A DNA stretch of 63,715 bases, filler included, from Octopus bimaculoides (GCF_001194135.2; 7 parts of 6 records of this genome joined end to end with filler, not necessarily neighbours in it), one strand, 5' to 3'. Numbered from the whole stretch's first letter, positions 48,589 to 61,747 are shown. Numbers and translations: made by a program. The notes: generated from the letters alone by a model not told the origin.

Positions 48589-49730
48589 CATCCTTGCAAC
48601 CATTGAAAATTTCTGACCTAAAGTTCAGTAGAGAGTTAGGGATCTTAGATCTGAACAGGATCTGTGCTCTTTCAGATAAACAAAGCCTACATTTATTTGA
48701 TCCATTAACATAAGGTATGGATTTCTCAATTACTTTCCACTTAATCATATATGGTGTTTCGTTATCTTTCAAACTCCATACATAGCTAGCCAACTTAGTA
48801 GCTTTTCTTTTGTCCTTATGTTGGAAGGAAGATATGTGATTGGCATAGCAATTTTTAAATTCACCTTCACATAATCCAATAAAGGTCTCATCAGTTGTAT
48901 TATTATTTAGGGTTGCAATAAGTTCTGCCTCATATATGATAGATTTAATCATGCATTGTTGGTCAAGTAGACAGTATCCTGGGATGCAACAGGATTTAGG
49001 CTCTTGGTATTGACTGCAGGTAATGATACTCATCAAATTGAGGCAGCAGCTATGTGAAAATTTCACAGAATGCCTATTAAATATTTTCCTGTATCTGTGA
49101 GTTGCTGGAAAGTGTTTGTCTAGGAGAGACAAGATTCTTTTACCTATGTTAGTTTTTATATTAAAGAAAAAGGGAGGGCAAACCAAACAATTTTTAGGTT
49201 TCTTATTTTCATTCTGATTAATACTAGAGTGGCTTGGGCATTATTATAATAGGGGACTGCTTTCTCAAAAATTTCTTTAGAGGAAGAAGGTTAGACACTC
49301 TGTTACTTATATTAGCTATCAGGTTTTTAAATATTACAGGAGGTTGACAAGATTGTTTATGTATACATGGTGAGTTTCTCGTTAGGCTAATGGAAAGGCT
49401 TATACAAGAAATTCAGATTTAGGGAAATGTCTAAATAATCAACCATAGACAGACAGATAAGTAGCTACTGTGATTTTAAGGCCTAATCGATTAAAGGTAG
49501 AAATAAGTTGCTTTCTAAATCTATCAAAGGTGTGACCATCACACCCATGGGAAATACACAAACCATTGTCTCAGTACAGGCCCACATCTAAATATACACA
49601 TATGTATCACAAATATGTGCACATATTTATGCATATGCATATATATAAATATACAACACACTGAGATACACACACGTATAAATACATACATGTACACAAA
49701 TGCGTGTGTATGAGAGAATACCCAAAAGAA
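48589..49730 (-). mobile_element. Penelope-like element (RT end + GIY-YIG ORF 48563-49186) with upstream low-complexity pLTR-like part
   Basis: PPFFFNIKTNIGK..L..KHFP..H...IFNR...IIYEAEL...FIGLCEGEFK..YANH...CRLCLSER; same family type as 24185. Confidence 0.85.
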
Positions 49731-49744
49731 ATTGAAATTTTGCA

Positions 49745-50470
49745 ATATTATTTAATTCACTTAGTTTTATATGTTTGCACTTTTATCACCTTCAAAGTGT
49801 TCTTTATTTGAAGCAATGCATCAGTCTGATGTTTTCCACTGTTCAAAGCAGTCCTGGAACTCTTGCAAAGTAATGCCTTTTAATGCCTGTCATTTTTTCT
49901 TCACCTCTACCACATATGCAAATTCCATAGCACCAGCTTTCATCACCAGTGACGACCTTCAAACAAAGGTCTGGATCAACTTCCAACCATTCTTTCAATT
50001 CACAACACACATTCAGTCATGACTGCTTTTGGATCTTCTGTGAGCAAGTGAGATACAAATTTTGCTGCAACATTTTTCATTGGTGCTTCCTTGTTCAAAA
50101 TTCCTTAGCAGGTGCTCCAGGACACACCAGTCATATCAACAAGTTTGTCAATTGTTCAGCGATGGTCCTCCAAGATCAGTTCCTGTGATGTTTTCATTTA
50201 TCCAGGACGTCAACAGTTGCCCTGAACAAGGTTGGTTTTCAAGTGACAAGTGACCATTCCTGAAGGGTGAAAACCACTTGTTAACTTGTGTTTTTGCTCA
50301 TGGCAGCAGCCTTGTAAGCTGTTTGAAGCATGACAACTATTTTGGCCGCTGTTTTCCCCAACAGAAAACAGAATTTCATGGAAGCATGTTGTTCCTTCGT
50401 TTCAGCCATCTCAAAAACTAACAAATAGGAGAGAAGCACTGCAAAACAAAGATGCACCACATAGAATGAC
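49745..50470 (-). mobile_element. Internally deleted mariner
   Basis: MAETKEQHASMKFCFLLGKTAAK; VVTGDESWCY joined directly to the C-terminal LKGITLQEFQDCFEQW...EHFEGD. Confidence 0.8.
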
Positions 50471-50656
50471 CTCACTGGATGCTGCCAGTTGGCAGACTAA
50501 TGCCTGATAGTGGCACCAAGTGGCTTCTAGCAGTGGAAACATGAACTACAATGTTTCCAGTTACTTTTGGTCTTAACAGGTTACTTCTCCACTTAGTATT
50601 CTCTGGAGATTTGGCCAATAGAATGACCACTGGCTTCATCACCGATGCTGAATATA

Positions 50657-51200
50657 CAGGCTGTCCCCCAAAAATTGACATGATTTTGGAGTCTAATTAC
50701 ACAGCCAATTCTCACTCAAATGATCTCAAATTTAAACAAAAGATGTAAAGCTAAGTTTCAATCAAGCATGCCAGTGATAATAACATGTTGCTGAAATGGC
50801 CACCACATTCTCCTGACTTGACACCTTGTCATTTTTTTCTATGGGTCTATGTGAAAGGACTAGTCTAAATCCCACCTCTTCCTACAAGCTGAGAGGAACT
50901 CAAGCAGAGAATCACTGAGATGCTGAAGAATGTTACACAAGGTATGCTATACATGTTTGTCAGGAGTTGGACTACAGATTTGCTGTGTGCTGTGTTACAG
51001 GCAATGCATACATTGAATGTTTGTGAAGCTTTGTGAAATCAGTTATAAATTTACATACCTCTGAATCTATTGTTCGAATTTTGATAAATCTTTTATTGTT
51101 CAACATGAAATCTAAGGAAGTTCATTTGTCTAGGACATGTAGTTAATTGAGATATTAACATTTCAAATGATATCAGTTCTTTGGAAAAAGCTGCTTATTA
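50657..51200 (+). mobile_element. Internally deleted Tc1/mariner-superfamily element
   Basis: TA|caggctgtccccc left end; WPPHSPDLTPCHFFLWVYVK...ELKQRI. Confidence 0.7.
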
Positions 51201-51738
51201 ATTAGGTATGTAACAGTTACAAAAAGAAAGCAATTATTAAAGACTTGACTATCTGGAAATCTTATCTTATTTATATATATATAGCTGAATTTGTGAGTGT
51301 GTGTGTATGTGTGTGTATACAATTCATACATTTACACAATTCCAAATTTCTTGAATGAAACAATCGGAATTAATATTCTAAATACCATACCCTAGGTAAC
51401 TGCGTCATTTTTTCCATCAAAATCAATCACAGTTACCAATAAAATCCATTAAACTGTGCAAAATAACATCCCACCCCCCTAATAAAACCTAAATTTCATC
51501 TTTCTACGACCTTTACAAATCCTTTCAACTCCTACTTTCTCTTATGCATACAAAGTCATAGATTAAACTTTCCTTTTAGTTACGCTGTATGTAAACAAAC
51601 AAGTTTGTTTTTCGAAGCGCTGAAATGTATGGTAGTACNNNNNNNNNNNNNNNNNNNNNNNNNNNNNNNNNNNNNNNNNNNNTTAATTAATTAANNNNNN
51701 NNNNNNNNNNNNNNNNNNNNNNNNNNNNNNNNNNNNNN

Positions 51739-52175
51739 TCTTCTTCCTTTTCTTGTCTTCTTCCTTTTCTTCTCTTCTTCCTTTTCTTCTCTTCTTCCTT
51801 TTCTTCTCTTCTTCCTTTTCTTCTTTTCTTCCTTTTCTTCACTTCTTCCTGTTTGGCAGCATCATCGTCATTGTCATAAGCTTCTAAATCATTTCAGCCT
51901 TCACCATCATCATCATCATCGTCCTCATCATCATCACTACCACGATCAATCACTGTCTTCATCATTGATGTCATCGTTACCATCATCATCATCATCATCA
52001 TTGACATCATCATCTTAATCATTTTTATTAACATCATTGCCATCACCACTACACTACCACCACCACCACCACTATCACTACTACCACCACTACCACCATC
52101 ATCATCATCGTCGTCTTAATCATTTTTATCATCATCATCATCATCATCATCACCACCATCATCATCATCACCACC

Positions 52176-52209
<34 letters not shown>

Positions 52210-52510
52210 TCACCCATATGTCCTAACTACTAATCAACCTTACCATCATCATCATCAGCAGCATTTTGTGCCAGTTGTGTCACCACCAACATCATAATCA
52301 TCATAATCATCATCATCATCATCATCATCACAACCACTACCGCCGCCACCACCACCACCTTCATCATCATCATTTACATTGTCATCATCCCCAACACTAC
52401 CACCATCATCATCATCATCGTCACCATGACATTAATCATCATCATCATCATTCGGTCACCACCACCTCCACTGCCATCATAATCATCACAGGTATGGCCA
52501 CCATTGTCAT
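51739..52510. repeat. (TCTTC/CTT)n followed by a long (CAT/CAC)n tract
   Basis: Directly visible. Confidence 0.95.
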
Positions 52511-52704
52511 CGTGCTATGTCCCTGGTCAGTGTGCTCTGCCCCTCAAGGCCACCCAACCCTAGTGACCAGAAGCAACCACAGCTCAATACAAAGCCAAAC
52601 CAGACCCACAGACATTTCTCACAAACACACAGTGGATACCGGACTGATGAGGGTTCAATTTCTGGTGGTGGTGTGTACAAGAAGTACATTGTACTTGATT
52701 ACTG

Positions 52705-52980
52705 GATGTGTGTGTGTGTGTGATTGTGTGTGTGTGTGGATGTGCATGTGATTGTGTGTGTGTGTGTAGATGTGTGTGTGTGTGATTGTGCATGTGTGGA
52801 TGTGTGTGTGATTGTGTGTGTGGATGTGTGTGTGATTGCGTGTGTGGATGTGTGTGTGATTGTGCATGTGTGATTGTGTGTGTGCGTGTGGATGTGCGTG
52901 TGATTGTGTGTATGTGTGTGCATGTGTGTGCATGTGTGTGTGTGATTGTGTGTAATTGTATGAATGTGTGTGTGTGTGTG
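52705..52980. repeat. (GT)n-based microsatellite with gtgattgt units
   Basis: Directly visible. Confidence 0.95.
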
Positions 52981-53275
52981 AAGGTGCATGGCTTAGTGGT
53001 TAGGGCTGATGTACTCGTGATCATAAAATTGCGGTTTCAATTCCAAAACCAGCTGTGTGTCGAGTCCTTGAGCAAAACACTTCACTTCATTTCATGTTGC
53101 TCCAGTCTACTCAGCTGTAAATGGCTACCCCTGTGATGGACTAATCTTCTGATCAGGGGGTATGTTGGACTATTTGCCTACCCAATGGGGTGGCATTGTT
53201 CATAAGCTAAAACAATGTAAAGCGCATTGTGACTAGTGATGTATAAAAACACCTGACAGTCTGGGCAATACCATC
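52980..53275 (+). mobile_element. tRNA-derived SINE (distinct family)
   Basis: gaaggtgcatggcttagtggttagg head; ccttgagcaaaacacttc...ctccagtctactcagctgtaaatg body. Confidence 0.7.
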
Positions 53276-53705
53276 ACACACACACACACATATATATAGC
53301 AATGAGAAAATGGAGGAGAATATGCAGTACCCATCGACTTGCAGACAGTGTATTCCGTTGATTAATCTGTTTATTTTATAACTAAATTGACAAAAAACAC
53401 AATATACAGACATTTATGACATACCATGTCATATTAACAATTAAGGTTTCAAATATAAAGGACATTTAGCAATTGGAGAGGGGACAGAAACTTACAGCTG
53501 TTTCGGCCTAGCATTGGCATGCCCCATTCTATATCTGTAGCTCCTGTACGCCAGAGTAATTAGTAGATGAAAATGATGTAATGGTGGTACAAACATGATT
53601 CACTAGACCTCTTCAGAGATTTACAAAATTCAATACAAATATAAAATAAGAATAAAGTAAAAATAAAAAATGAAAATATAAAATTATAAATATATATATA
53701 TAATG

Positions 53706-54193
53706 TGAAGGTGCATGGCTCAGTGGTTAGAGCATCAGGCTCACAACCATGAGGTAGTGAGTTCGTTTCTCAGACCAGGCTGTGTGTTGTGTTCTTCAGC
53801 AAGATACTTTATTTCATGTTGTTCCAGTTCACTCAGCTGTAGAAATAATTTTGCAGCATCACTGGTGCCAAGCTGTATCATGGCCTTTGCTTTGTCTTGG
53901 ATAACATCAGTGGCATGGGAAGAGGAGGCTGGTATGCATGGGCAACCGCTGGTCATCCATAAACAGCCTTGGCTGGACTTGTACTTCGGAAGAGAACTTT
54001 CTAGGTGCAATGCCTTGGCCATTCATAAAAAGCACCCACTACACTCACAGAGTGGTTGGTGTTAGGAAGAGCATCCAGCTATAGAAACACTGCCTGATCA
54101 GACTGGAGCCTGGTGCAGCCTCCTGGCTTCCCAGACCCCGGTTGGACCGTCCAACCCATGCTAGCATGGAAAACAGACGTTAAATAATGATAT
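53706..54193 (+). mobile_element. tRNA-headed SINE with RTE-derived 3' tail
   Basis: Head gaaggtgcatggctcagtggttagagc; the last 170 or so bp align to the RTE UTR at 48410-48588. Confidence 0.85.
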
Positions 54194-54309
54194 NNNNNNN
54201 NNNNNNNNNNNNNNNNNNNNNNNNNNNNNNNNNNNNNTTAATTAATTAANNNNNNNNNNNNNNNNNNNNNNNNNNNNNNNNNNNNNNNNNNNNTATATAC
54301 ATATATATA

Positions 54310-54875
54310 TAAATGGAGTAAAATGCAGGTATTATTGAAATCATTATACTTCCAACACATGTTTCGAAGACAACATTGGTATTCTTCCAGAAGGAATAAA
54401 TTGCTGTAAAACAATGCAATCTTCTCATCTGGGAAAAAAGGGGAAACAAAACACATCAATAACACATTTTAACTGAATGTGATTAATGCACATATGATGA
54501 AGAGAACGCTGGTAAGTTATTTTTCAAAAACAAAAACGTTTATAGATATAACGTCAAAGGCAATTTATAGAGAGAGAAGGAGTAGGAAGAAAGAAATTAG
54601 CAGAAAACTAAAAATGGAGAAATATATTGTGATATGTGAAAAGGAATAAAGATTAAAGGCTTTTAAATAGATATATAAATCTTTAATCTTTATTCCTATT
54701 CACCTATCGCACTGTATTTCTCCATTTTTAGTTTTCTGCTAATTTCTTTCTTAATGATGAGAAGATTTTATTGTTTTACATCATTGTATTCCTTCTGGAA
54801 TAATACCAATGTTTTCTTCGAAACATATTTTGAAAGTATAAAGATTTGTATAACACCCGCGTTTAACTCCATTTA
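54310..54875. mobile_element. Foldback/MITE-like element with nested inverted repeats
   Basis: Outer arms 54310-54429 / 54756-54875; inner arms 54587-54659 / 54681-54752, the first 38 bp perfect. Confidence 0.8.
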
Positions 54876-55069
54876 TTTATGTATCTATGCCATTCAAAAA
54901 CATTTCACCAAAACCTGGAATTTCTGCCTTTATAAGCAGGCTGGTACAGCCTTGGTACTTGTGTGATTTTTTGCTACCCTGGTAACTATTTATTTATTTT
55001 TCCGTGTTATATGTAAACATTGAAAAAAATACATATACGTTTATATATATATGCGTGTGTGTGTGTACA

Positions 55070-55232
55070 TATTTACTTGTTTCAGTCATTTGAATCCTGC
55101 CATGCTGGAGCACCACCTTAAGGCTTTTAAGTCGAACAAATCGACACAGAATTTATTGTTTGTAAGCGTTCTACTTATTTTATCAGTAGTTTGTTTTTGC
55201 CGAGTCGCTAAGTTACGGGGACATAAACATAC
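55070..55232 (-). mobile_element. SINE family A, 3' half
   Basis: tttacttgtttcagtcatttga...ccatgctggagcaccac...ttgccgagtcgctaagttacgggg. Confidence 0.8.
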
Positions 55233-55393
55233 ACAAAGGTGTGCGTATATATTCTATGTATGAATTATTGAATTAGATACTGAAGTTGAAGCACTAAGAC
55301 AGTCCGGTATTGACCGCACAGCTCGAAGTAAGGAGAAGAAATTCAAAATCAGCACAACCGTTTCAGGCGGTTCCATTTAATTGAACAGTGCAA

Positions 55394-55428
55394 TCAGTGC
55401 ATCAATTTAAATGCAATGCCATCTTCAG
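55394..55428 (-). CDS. Candidate terminal coding exon (A)EDGIAFKLMH*
   Basis: Strong acceptor tatttatttatttctgcag|; phase-compatible with the 56716-56846 candidate. Confidence 0.2.
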
Positions 55429-55865
55429 CTGCAGAAATAAATAAATAGAATTTTAACAAGTAGGACACATTAATACAATTTTTCTCAAATATTTTAATAG
55501 AGCAAGGAGAATAAAGAAATTCATGCTATTGCTATTGTAGCTATTCTTAGATAGTGTGTCCGCATGAAACGGTCGTACTGTATAACTACTTGATATCCAG
55601 TTTCTTATTTTGATTATAACATACATTATTATCTAGAAGTCCTCCCCATGAGTCATTCTCTTCGATTTCTTGTTTTCATTTACTGAAAATTCTAGCGTGA
55701 TGTTATTATGACTTCCCCTGACTCCAAGATTGAGAGGGACACCAGTTTTTCTATGTGATTGACTTGAAAATGTGTTGAGATATTTCTTAACATGAGACCA
55801 ATGGTAGCCTTCACAGACATAACAATGAATGTGCGGTGGGGTGTGTATGTGTGTGTGTGTGCATA

Positions 55866-56244
55866 GGCGCGGGCGTGGCTGTGAGGTAAGAAACTCACTT
55901 CCCAATCACATGTTTCTGGGTTCCGTCCCAATCAATAGCAATTTGGGCAAGTGTATTTCATTATAGCCTCGGACCGACCAATGTTGTGTAAGTGGATTTG
56001 GTAGGCGAAACTGAAAAGAAGACCGTCGTATATTCATATGTATATATCAATGTGGGTGTGTCTTTTTGTGTGTTTGTCTGCCTATCACCATCTGACAACC
56101 GGCGTTTTTATGTCCCCATAACCTAGGAGTATGTTAAAAAAGAGAGCAATCGAATAGATACTAAAAAACAAGTCGATTCATTCGACTAAATAACACTTCA
56201 TGACTCCATCATGGCTGCAGTCAAATGACTGAAACAAATAAAAG

Positions 56245-56247
<3 letters not shown>
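55866..56247 (+). mobile_element. SINE family A, full length, diverged
   Basis: ggcgtggctgtgaggtaagaa...ttgggcaagtg...gcagtcaaatgactgaaacaaataaaaga. Confidence 0.8.
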
Positions 56248-56275
<28 letters not shown>

Positions 56276-56715
56276 TCACCTGTACAACTATACATATATT
56301 CTTAAAACTTTATATTTGATTGTTATCATTTTCCGTTAAGCGTGCGTGACATATATATGAGATAAGAAATATATATCTTAAATGGCTACTACAACGATTG
56401 ACGCTACCCTTCTGAAATTAGGATACCGGTTATATAAATAATTTACCAAAAACTAAAAATTAAGACTTGATTCGATATTATTAAAAGTAAATTATTGATG
56501 AATGAATATACTTTTATCAACGTAGTAACAATCAGATCAAACTCCGTAGCGAGGAAGCTTCTTAAATAAGAAAATTTAATGGCCCGAATAGCCCTGAGAG
56601 TCCTTAAAATAATTCTTTGAATCTTAAATCTTCTATAATATGTTTCTTTTAAACTCGTTTATAATTGGTACCCTTTTATTTGTATTGTTCTTTGCATTAT
56701 AACATAATCGGTAAC

Positions 56716-56846
56716 CATTTCCCTCTAACTCTGAATGAAGCACAGTGGTTAGTAAGTCTTCTTTGAATGCACCCCCTATCAAGCCGATGGTTTCTTTTAC
56801 TTTTTTCGCTGCCTTAACTTTGTTTCGATGGGCACCTTTTGCCTGC
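56716..56846 (-). CDS. Candidate internal exon QAKGAHRNKVKAAKKVKETIGLIGGAFKEDLLTTVLHSELEGN, unidentified
   Basis: Acceptor actttttctacctgtag|; GC-richer open frame in AT-rich unique DNA; weak donor G|gttacc. Confidence 0.33.
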
Positions 56847-57414
56847 CTACAGGTAGAAAAAGTATGAAAATATGAATCAATAGAACGCCAAGAATTCAAT
56901 ACATGTACACGGTTTTGATCAGCTGTTGTATATGCGCTAGAAGACCTGGAAGATGTATCAAATACCTACTGTGCTCTCTAAATCCAAGATACATACACAC
57001 GCAAACAAATAAAGACTTGTGTTTGTGTGTGCCTGTGCAAGGCAAGTTATTGTAAGTGTCGTTAGCAAATTGAATGGAATAAACAGCGCTTATTTTTCAG
57101 ACTTACTGAAATTAACTGTTGCGAAGATCAATATTGCTATAAATAATTTAGCTTATATTACAGAAAAGTAGTGAAATAACCAAATTGTTAGTTCACTGGA
57201 CGGAATAATTTTCTGTTCTTGTTTTGACTTTACCTCTCTAATGTTATTGTGAAGAAATAAATGCTGAAATGACACCGTTTGTTTCTGTCTCAACAAGACA
57301 TCAAGATGATACAAGACATTCATAGGTATACTATGAGCTTATCTGAAAGACTCTACTCAAAAATCAACCTTTCTCTGTCTTGTAGATGAAATTTCCAACT
57401 ATACATCAAAGTAT

Positions 57415-57434
57415 ATCTATCTATCTATCTACCC

Positions 57435-57485
<51 letters not shown>
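57415..57485. repeat. (TATC)n microsatellite
   Basis: Directly visible. Confidence 0.95.
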
Positions 57486-58631
57486 NNNNNNNNNNCATGC
57501 ACTAAATTACGTGAACCGTTTTTGTTCCCTATTACTGCTAGAAAGAGAATTGTCTTGTCAGCTGGACAGGAATCAATTTAATTTCACAGAAACTTCTTAG
57601 TGTTTTGAAGGAAGTAGAGTGTTCAATATGATTTATAGACTTATTTAATTTCATTTGATTTTGTTGTCTCATAGAATTCTTAATATTCGCGGATGGAAGG
57701 CGTCATTTTGACGTAATTGAATCTCTTAAGTACGCAGCAGGAAAGGATTTATTGATTACTTTATTATATTTACATTACGGAAGAGGAGAAACTCAAATAT
57801 TTTGACTAAGAGGGAAATCATTGTAGTTTACTGTTCATTAGCTGTGTGCATGTTTATGTATAAAAGTGGGTACATAAATGGTCATATACACGATCGATTT
57901 ATATACTTTTTAGATCAGCGAAATTTCTTTGACTCCCAATCTGCCGCCTTTCAAAGAGAATAAGTGATTCTTGATATAATAGTTTTAATTCAGAATATGA
58001 AGACGTGAGGTAACTAAATATATTAAATACAAACTTCCCAAAATATAAATTTCCATGCTCTAACACATCATATACAGTGTAACACATGGTAGTAAATAAT
58101 TCCATACTATCAACAGATATTGCATGTATGAAAAGTTTGTATTGCAATGCACACCCAAATTATGTTTTATCAAACGATTATCACCACTTGAATCTAGTTT
58201 TCTCTAATTCGCAGTGGTAACTAACTGAATGTAATAACATAAAAGATAACAAACTATGTAACTTCCGCACTATCGCTCGCCTTTGTATCTTTAGCTGGTA
58301 CATTTCTCTGAAATTTCACTCCAGTTACTTTATATATATAAAAAAACATAAACTCTAAGTCAGACAGTTAGGCTTTATATAATAACAAATGATAGAGTGA
58401 TCGCAATGGGATCTTTTTTATAGAGGACGATTCGTTCAAATTTCACATGACTCTAAACAAGAAAATGTAACAAAACTGGCATAAAACATTATCGGCGCTC
58501 GACTCATCCAAATTTAAACGTATGATTTTGTCCTTAATCTGCTATGTCAAATTATAAGAAAAAATAAACTCATGAATATCTAAAATTATAGATCTATTCG
58601 AACAGAGAGGATGTGGGGCCAAATAACAAAA

Positions 58632-58848
58632 TCAATAATAGTAGTTTCAGATTTTGGTACACGGCCAGTAATTTCAGGAGAGAGGGTAAGTCGATTACTA
58701 TAACCCTACTGCTCAATTAGAATTTATTTTATCGACCTCCAAAGCAGACGAAAGGTAAAATCAACCTCGGTGAAATTTAAACTCACAACGTAAAGACGGA
58801 CGAAAAGCCGTTGAGCACTTTGCCCCGAGCGGTAATGCTTCTGCCAGT
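58632..58848 (-). mobile_element. SINE family B
   Basis: cagattttggtacacggccag...ttttatcgacc...gcttctgccag. Confidence 0.7.
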
Positions 58849-58879
58849 TCAATAACATTAATGGTATCAAATGTGTTAC

Positions 58880-59030
58880 AAGAAGGCAAGGCAATTACGT
58901 CCATCTCAATATTTAAACGGTACTTATTTTATCGACCCCGAAAATCAAAAAAGAATAAAAGTCGAACAGCACCGAAATTGAACTCGGAACATAAACGTCA
59001 AAGATAAATACCGATATGAATTTCATTCGA
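58880..59030 (-). mobile_element. SINE family B fragment
   Basis: ggtacttattttatcgaccccgaaa...aaagtcgaac...gaactcggaac. Confidence 0.6.
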
Positions 59031-59529
59031 TGCGTTAAAGCAAAAAGCAATAATAATTACATGAAATATTATATGAAAAGTGTAATTAAAATCCGAGGGT
59101 TTGTATTTCCACATGTTATACCAATGCATTTCGAATTCTAAATTTCAATATTGTTTTGTCTTTATTGGGAAAATGATATAGCTGATGATATAAAGCTTTT
59201 TTTTCCATACTGAATATAACGATTAAATATATGCTCAAAGGCTATTTTGCTAACAGGTTTGATAATATGACAGAAGACATATTACTTTACTTCTATACCT
59301 ATAATTTACTGAGATGCTGTGTGTTGTTCATTAAATATTGACACATGTATAAATATAAAATTTTTTTACCTTCATTTGTTCTTATCGTCAATGATTATCA
59401 ATCAACCTAAACAAACGAAATTTGGGGAAATATAATGTTATCAAAAATGTCTGTGAACATATTTATATACGCATGTGTGTGTGTGCGTGTGTGTGTCTAT
59501 ATATGAGTATATGTATGTATATATTTTTA

Positions 59530-59812
59530 CGAGGGAAGTCAAAATTATCTACACTTTCACTATAATATACTATTATTATTGTCACATTGCCTTCTGCGCA
59601 TGCGTGCTTATAGTTGGTACAATTGTGGTCACGTGATCGAAATTTTAGCCTGATCGCGCTATTCCATTTTTTTTTCCTGATTTTAAAGTATAAGCATGGC
59701 AACTGCAATAGCAATGTGCACCAAAGAAAAACAAAGAACAGTGATCCGATTTCTCTGGTCGGAAGGTATGTTAGGTGCTGAAAATCATCGGCAGCTTTTA
59801 GTACAATTCGTT
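59530..59812 (+). mobile_element. mariner 5' end
   Basis: TA|cgagggaagtcaaaattatc TIR; MATAIAMCTKEKQRTVIRFLWSEG. Confidence 0.75.
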
Positions 59813-60134
59813 AATGACTTCAACGGTTTGCTCTTTGTTCTTCTTCGTGCGCATTGATCTTGGAGCGGCCATGCTCATACNNNNNNNNNNNNNNNNNNNN
59901 NNNNNNNNNNNNNNNNNNNNNNNNTTAATTAATTAANNNNNNNNNNNNNNNNNNNNNNNNNNNNNNNNNNNNNNNNNNNNTGTATGTATGTATGTTATGT
60001 ATGCATGTATGTACATATACACACGCCCAAAAATAAACGCACATATAGTCTCACACACGTATTCTGTTTTGGAACGTTCACTTCGACAATAATAGAAACC
60101 GATGTTAATTATAACCTTTTTTCTGTTTCATTAC

Positions 60135-60157
60135 CTGGTCATTTCCTTGCGTGGAAT
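60135..60157 (-). CDS. Candidate 23-nt microexon (IPRKEMT-R)
   Basis: tatttcag|ATTCCACGCAAGGAAATGACCAG|gtaatg; phase-compatible with 56716-56846. Confidence 0.22.
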
Positions 60158-60341
60158 CTGAAATAGTTTTTATCTCACAACAGGAATAAAAGCTCAATAA
60201 AAGTCAATGATTCAATACATCTTTGTCGGATAACATAATACGTTGGTCGAAAGGGTAGAGACGTGGGAGACACGATCGTAAATCGTGAGTTCGATTTTTT
60301 GACGAAGCAACCCTGTGTGCCCTTGACATATGCCATCGATC

Positions 60342-60483
60342 ACCTCTTTTACTCTTTTATTTGTTTCAGTCATTTGTCTGCGGCCATGCTGGAGCACCGC
60401 CTTTAGTCGAGCAAATGGAACCCAGGACTTATTCTTTGGAAGCCTAGTACTCATTTTATCGGTCTCTTTTGCCGAACCGCTAA
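60342..60483 (-). mobile_element. SINE family A, 3' fragment
   Basis: tttcagtcattt...ggccatgctggagcaccgcctttagtcga...ggtctcttttgccgaaccgctaa. Confidence 0.8.
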
Positions 60484-61233
60484 TATCTTCTATATATCAA
60501 ATTCCGTCGTGGTCTGAGTTGCCTCTCATCCTTTCGGGTATTGCTGGTCTTGTGCCAAAATTTGAAACCAATATGTTCCACATACATAATGCTTATGTAG
60601 TTTTAATGTAGACATAGAAAATTCGTTTTTTTTTTCTTTTTTACTGTTTGCCATATTAATGTTTGAAAAGTTAAGCGAATGTATATTGTTGATGTATACG
60701 TGTTCTTTGCTTTGCAGTTTCTTTATAGNNNNNNNNNNNNNNNNNNNNNNNNNNNNNNNNNNNNNNNNNNNNNNNNNNNNNNNNNNNNNNNNNNNNNNNN
60801 NNNNNNNNNNNNNNNNNNNNNNNNNNNNNNNNNNNNNNNNNNNNNNNNNNNNNNNNNNNNNNNNNNNNNNNNNNNNNNNNNNNNNNNNNNNNNNNNNNNN
60901 NNNNNNNNNNNNNNNNNNNNNNNNNNNNNNNNNNNNNNNNNNNNNNNNNNNNNNNNNNNNNNNNNNNNNNNNNNNNNNNNNNNNNNNNNNNNNNNNNNNN
61001 NNNNNNNNNNNNNNNNNNNNNNNNNNNNNNNNNNNNNNNNNNNNNNNNNNNNNNNNNNNNNNNNNNNNNNNNNNNNNNNNNNNNNNNNNNNNNNNNNNNN
61101 NNNNNNNNNNNNNNNNNNNNNNNNNNNNNNNNNNNNNNNNNNNNNNNNNNNNNNNNNNNNNNNNNNNNNNNNNNNNNNNNNNNNNNNNNNNNNNNNNNNN
61201 NNNNNNNNNNNNNNNNNNNNNNNNNNNNTATAC

Positions 61234-61264
<31 letters not shown>

Positions 61265-61519
61265 CATATATACTTATATACATATATATACACACATATA
61301 TATTCATATATACATACACTTGAAAGCCGGCGTTGTTGTTTAACCCAGACATGGTGGCCAACTGTCCAAAATGATTGATTATAGTCTGTCATTGAAATAA
61401 TATCCAAAATGAAATTTACTTAATTCAGTTTTAAAGTTGAAAAAATTTTCAGCACGTTCAGAACAAAATTTATCAAGTCCAATGGCGTGTCAATTTGAAC
61501 AGATGTCTTCTACTACAGC

Positions 61520-61690
61520 TAGGAGTGAGAAGTCGACTAGAGCTGACCCATTCCTCAATTGAACTTATTTTATCGACGCCGAAAGGATGAAAGAAAAGGT
61601 CCACCTCGGGGGAATTTTATCTTAGAACGTAAAGATGCCACTAAGACCTTTGATTTTGTTTGACGCTGTAAGAATTTTGCCGTCTCAGCA
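61520..61690 (-). mobile_element. SINE family B
   Basis: acttattttatcgacgccgaaaggatgaaag...cttagaacgtaaag. Confidence 0.65.
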
Positions 61691-61693
61691 CCT

Positions 61694-61747
<54 letters not shown>

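Noticed and set aside
52037-53136. Poly-His, HT-repeat and CV-repeat ORFs
   Set aside because: Translations of (CAT/CAC)n and (GT)n microsatellites; no splice or compositional support.
56745-56852. + strand exon ending at CAG|gtagaa
   Set aside because: It is the antisense shadow of the - strand open frame, lacks a good acceptor and has a less natural composition.
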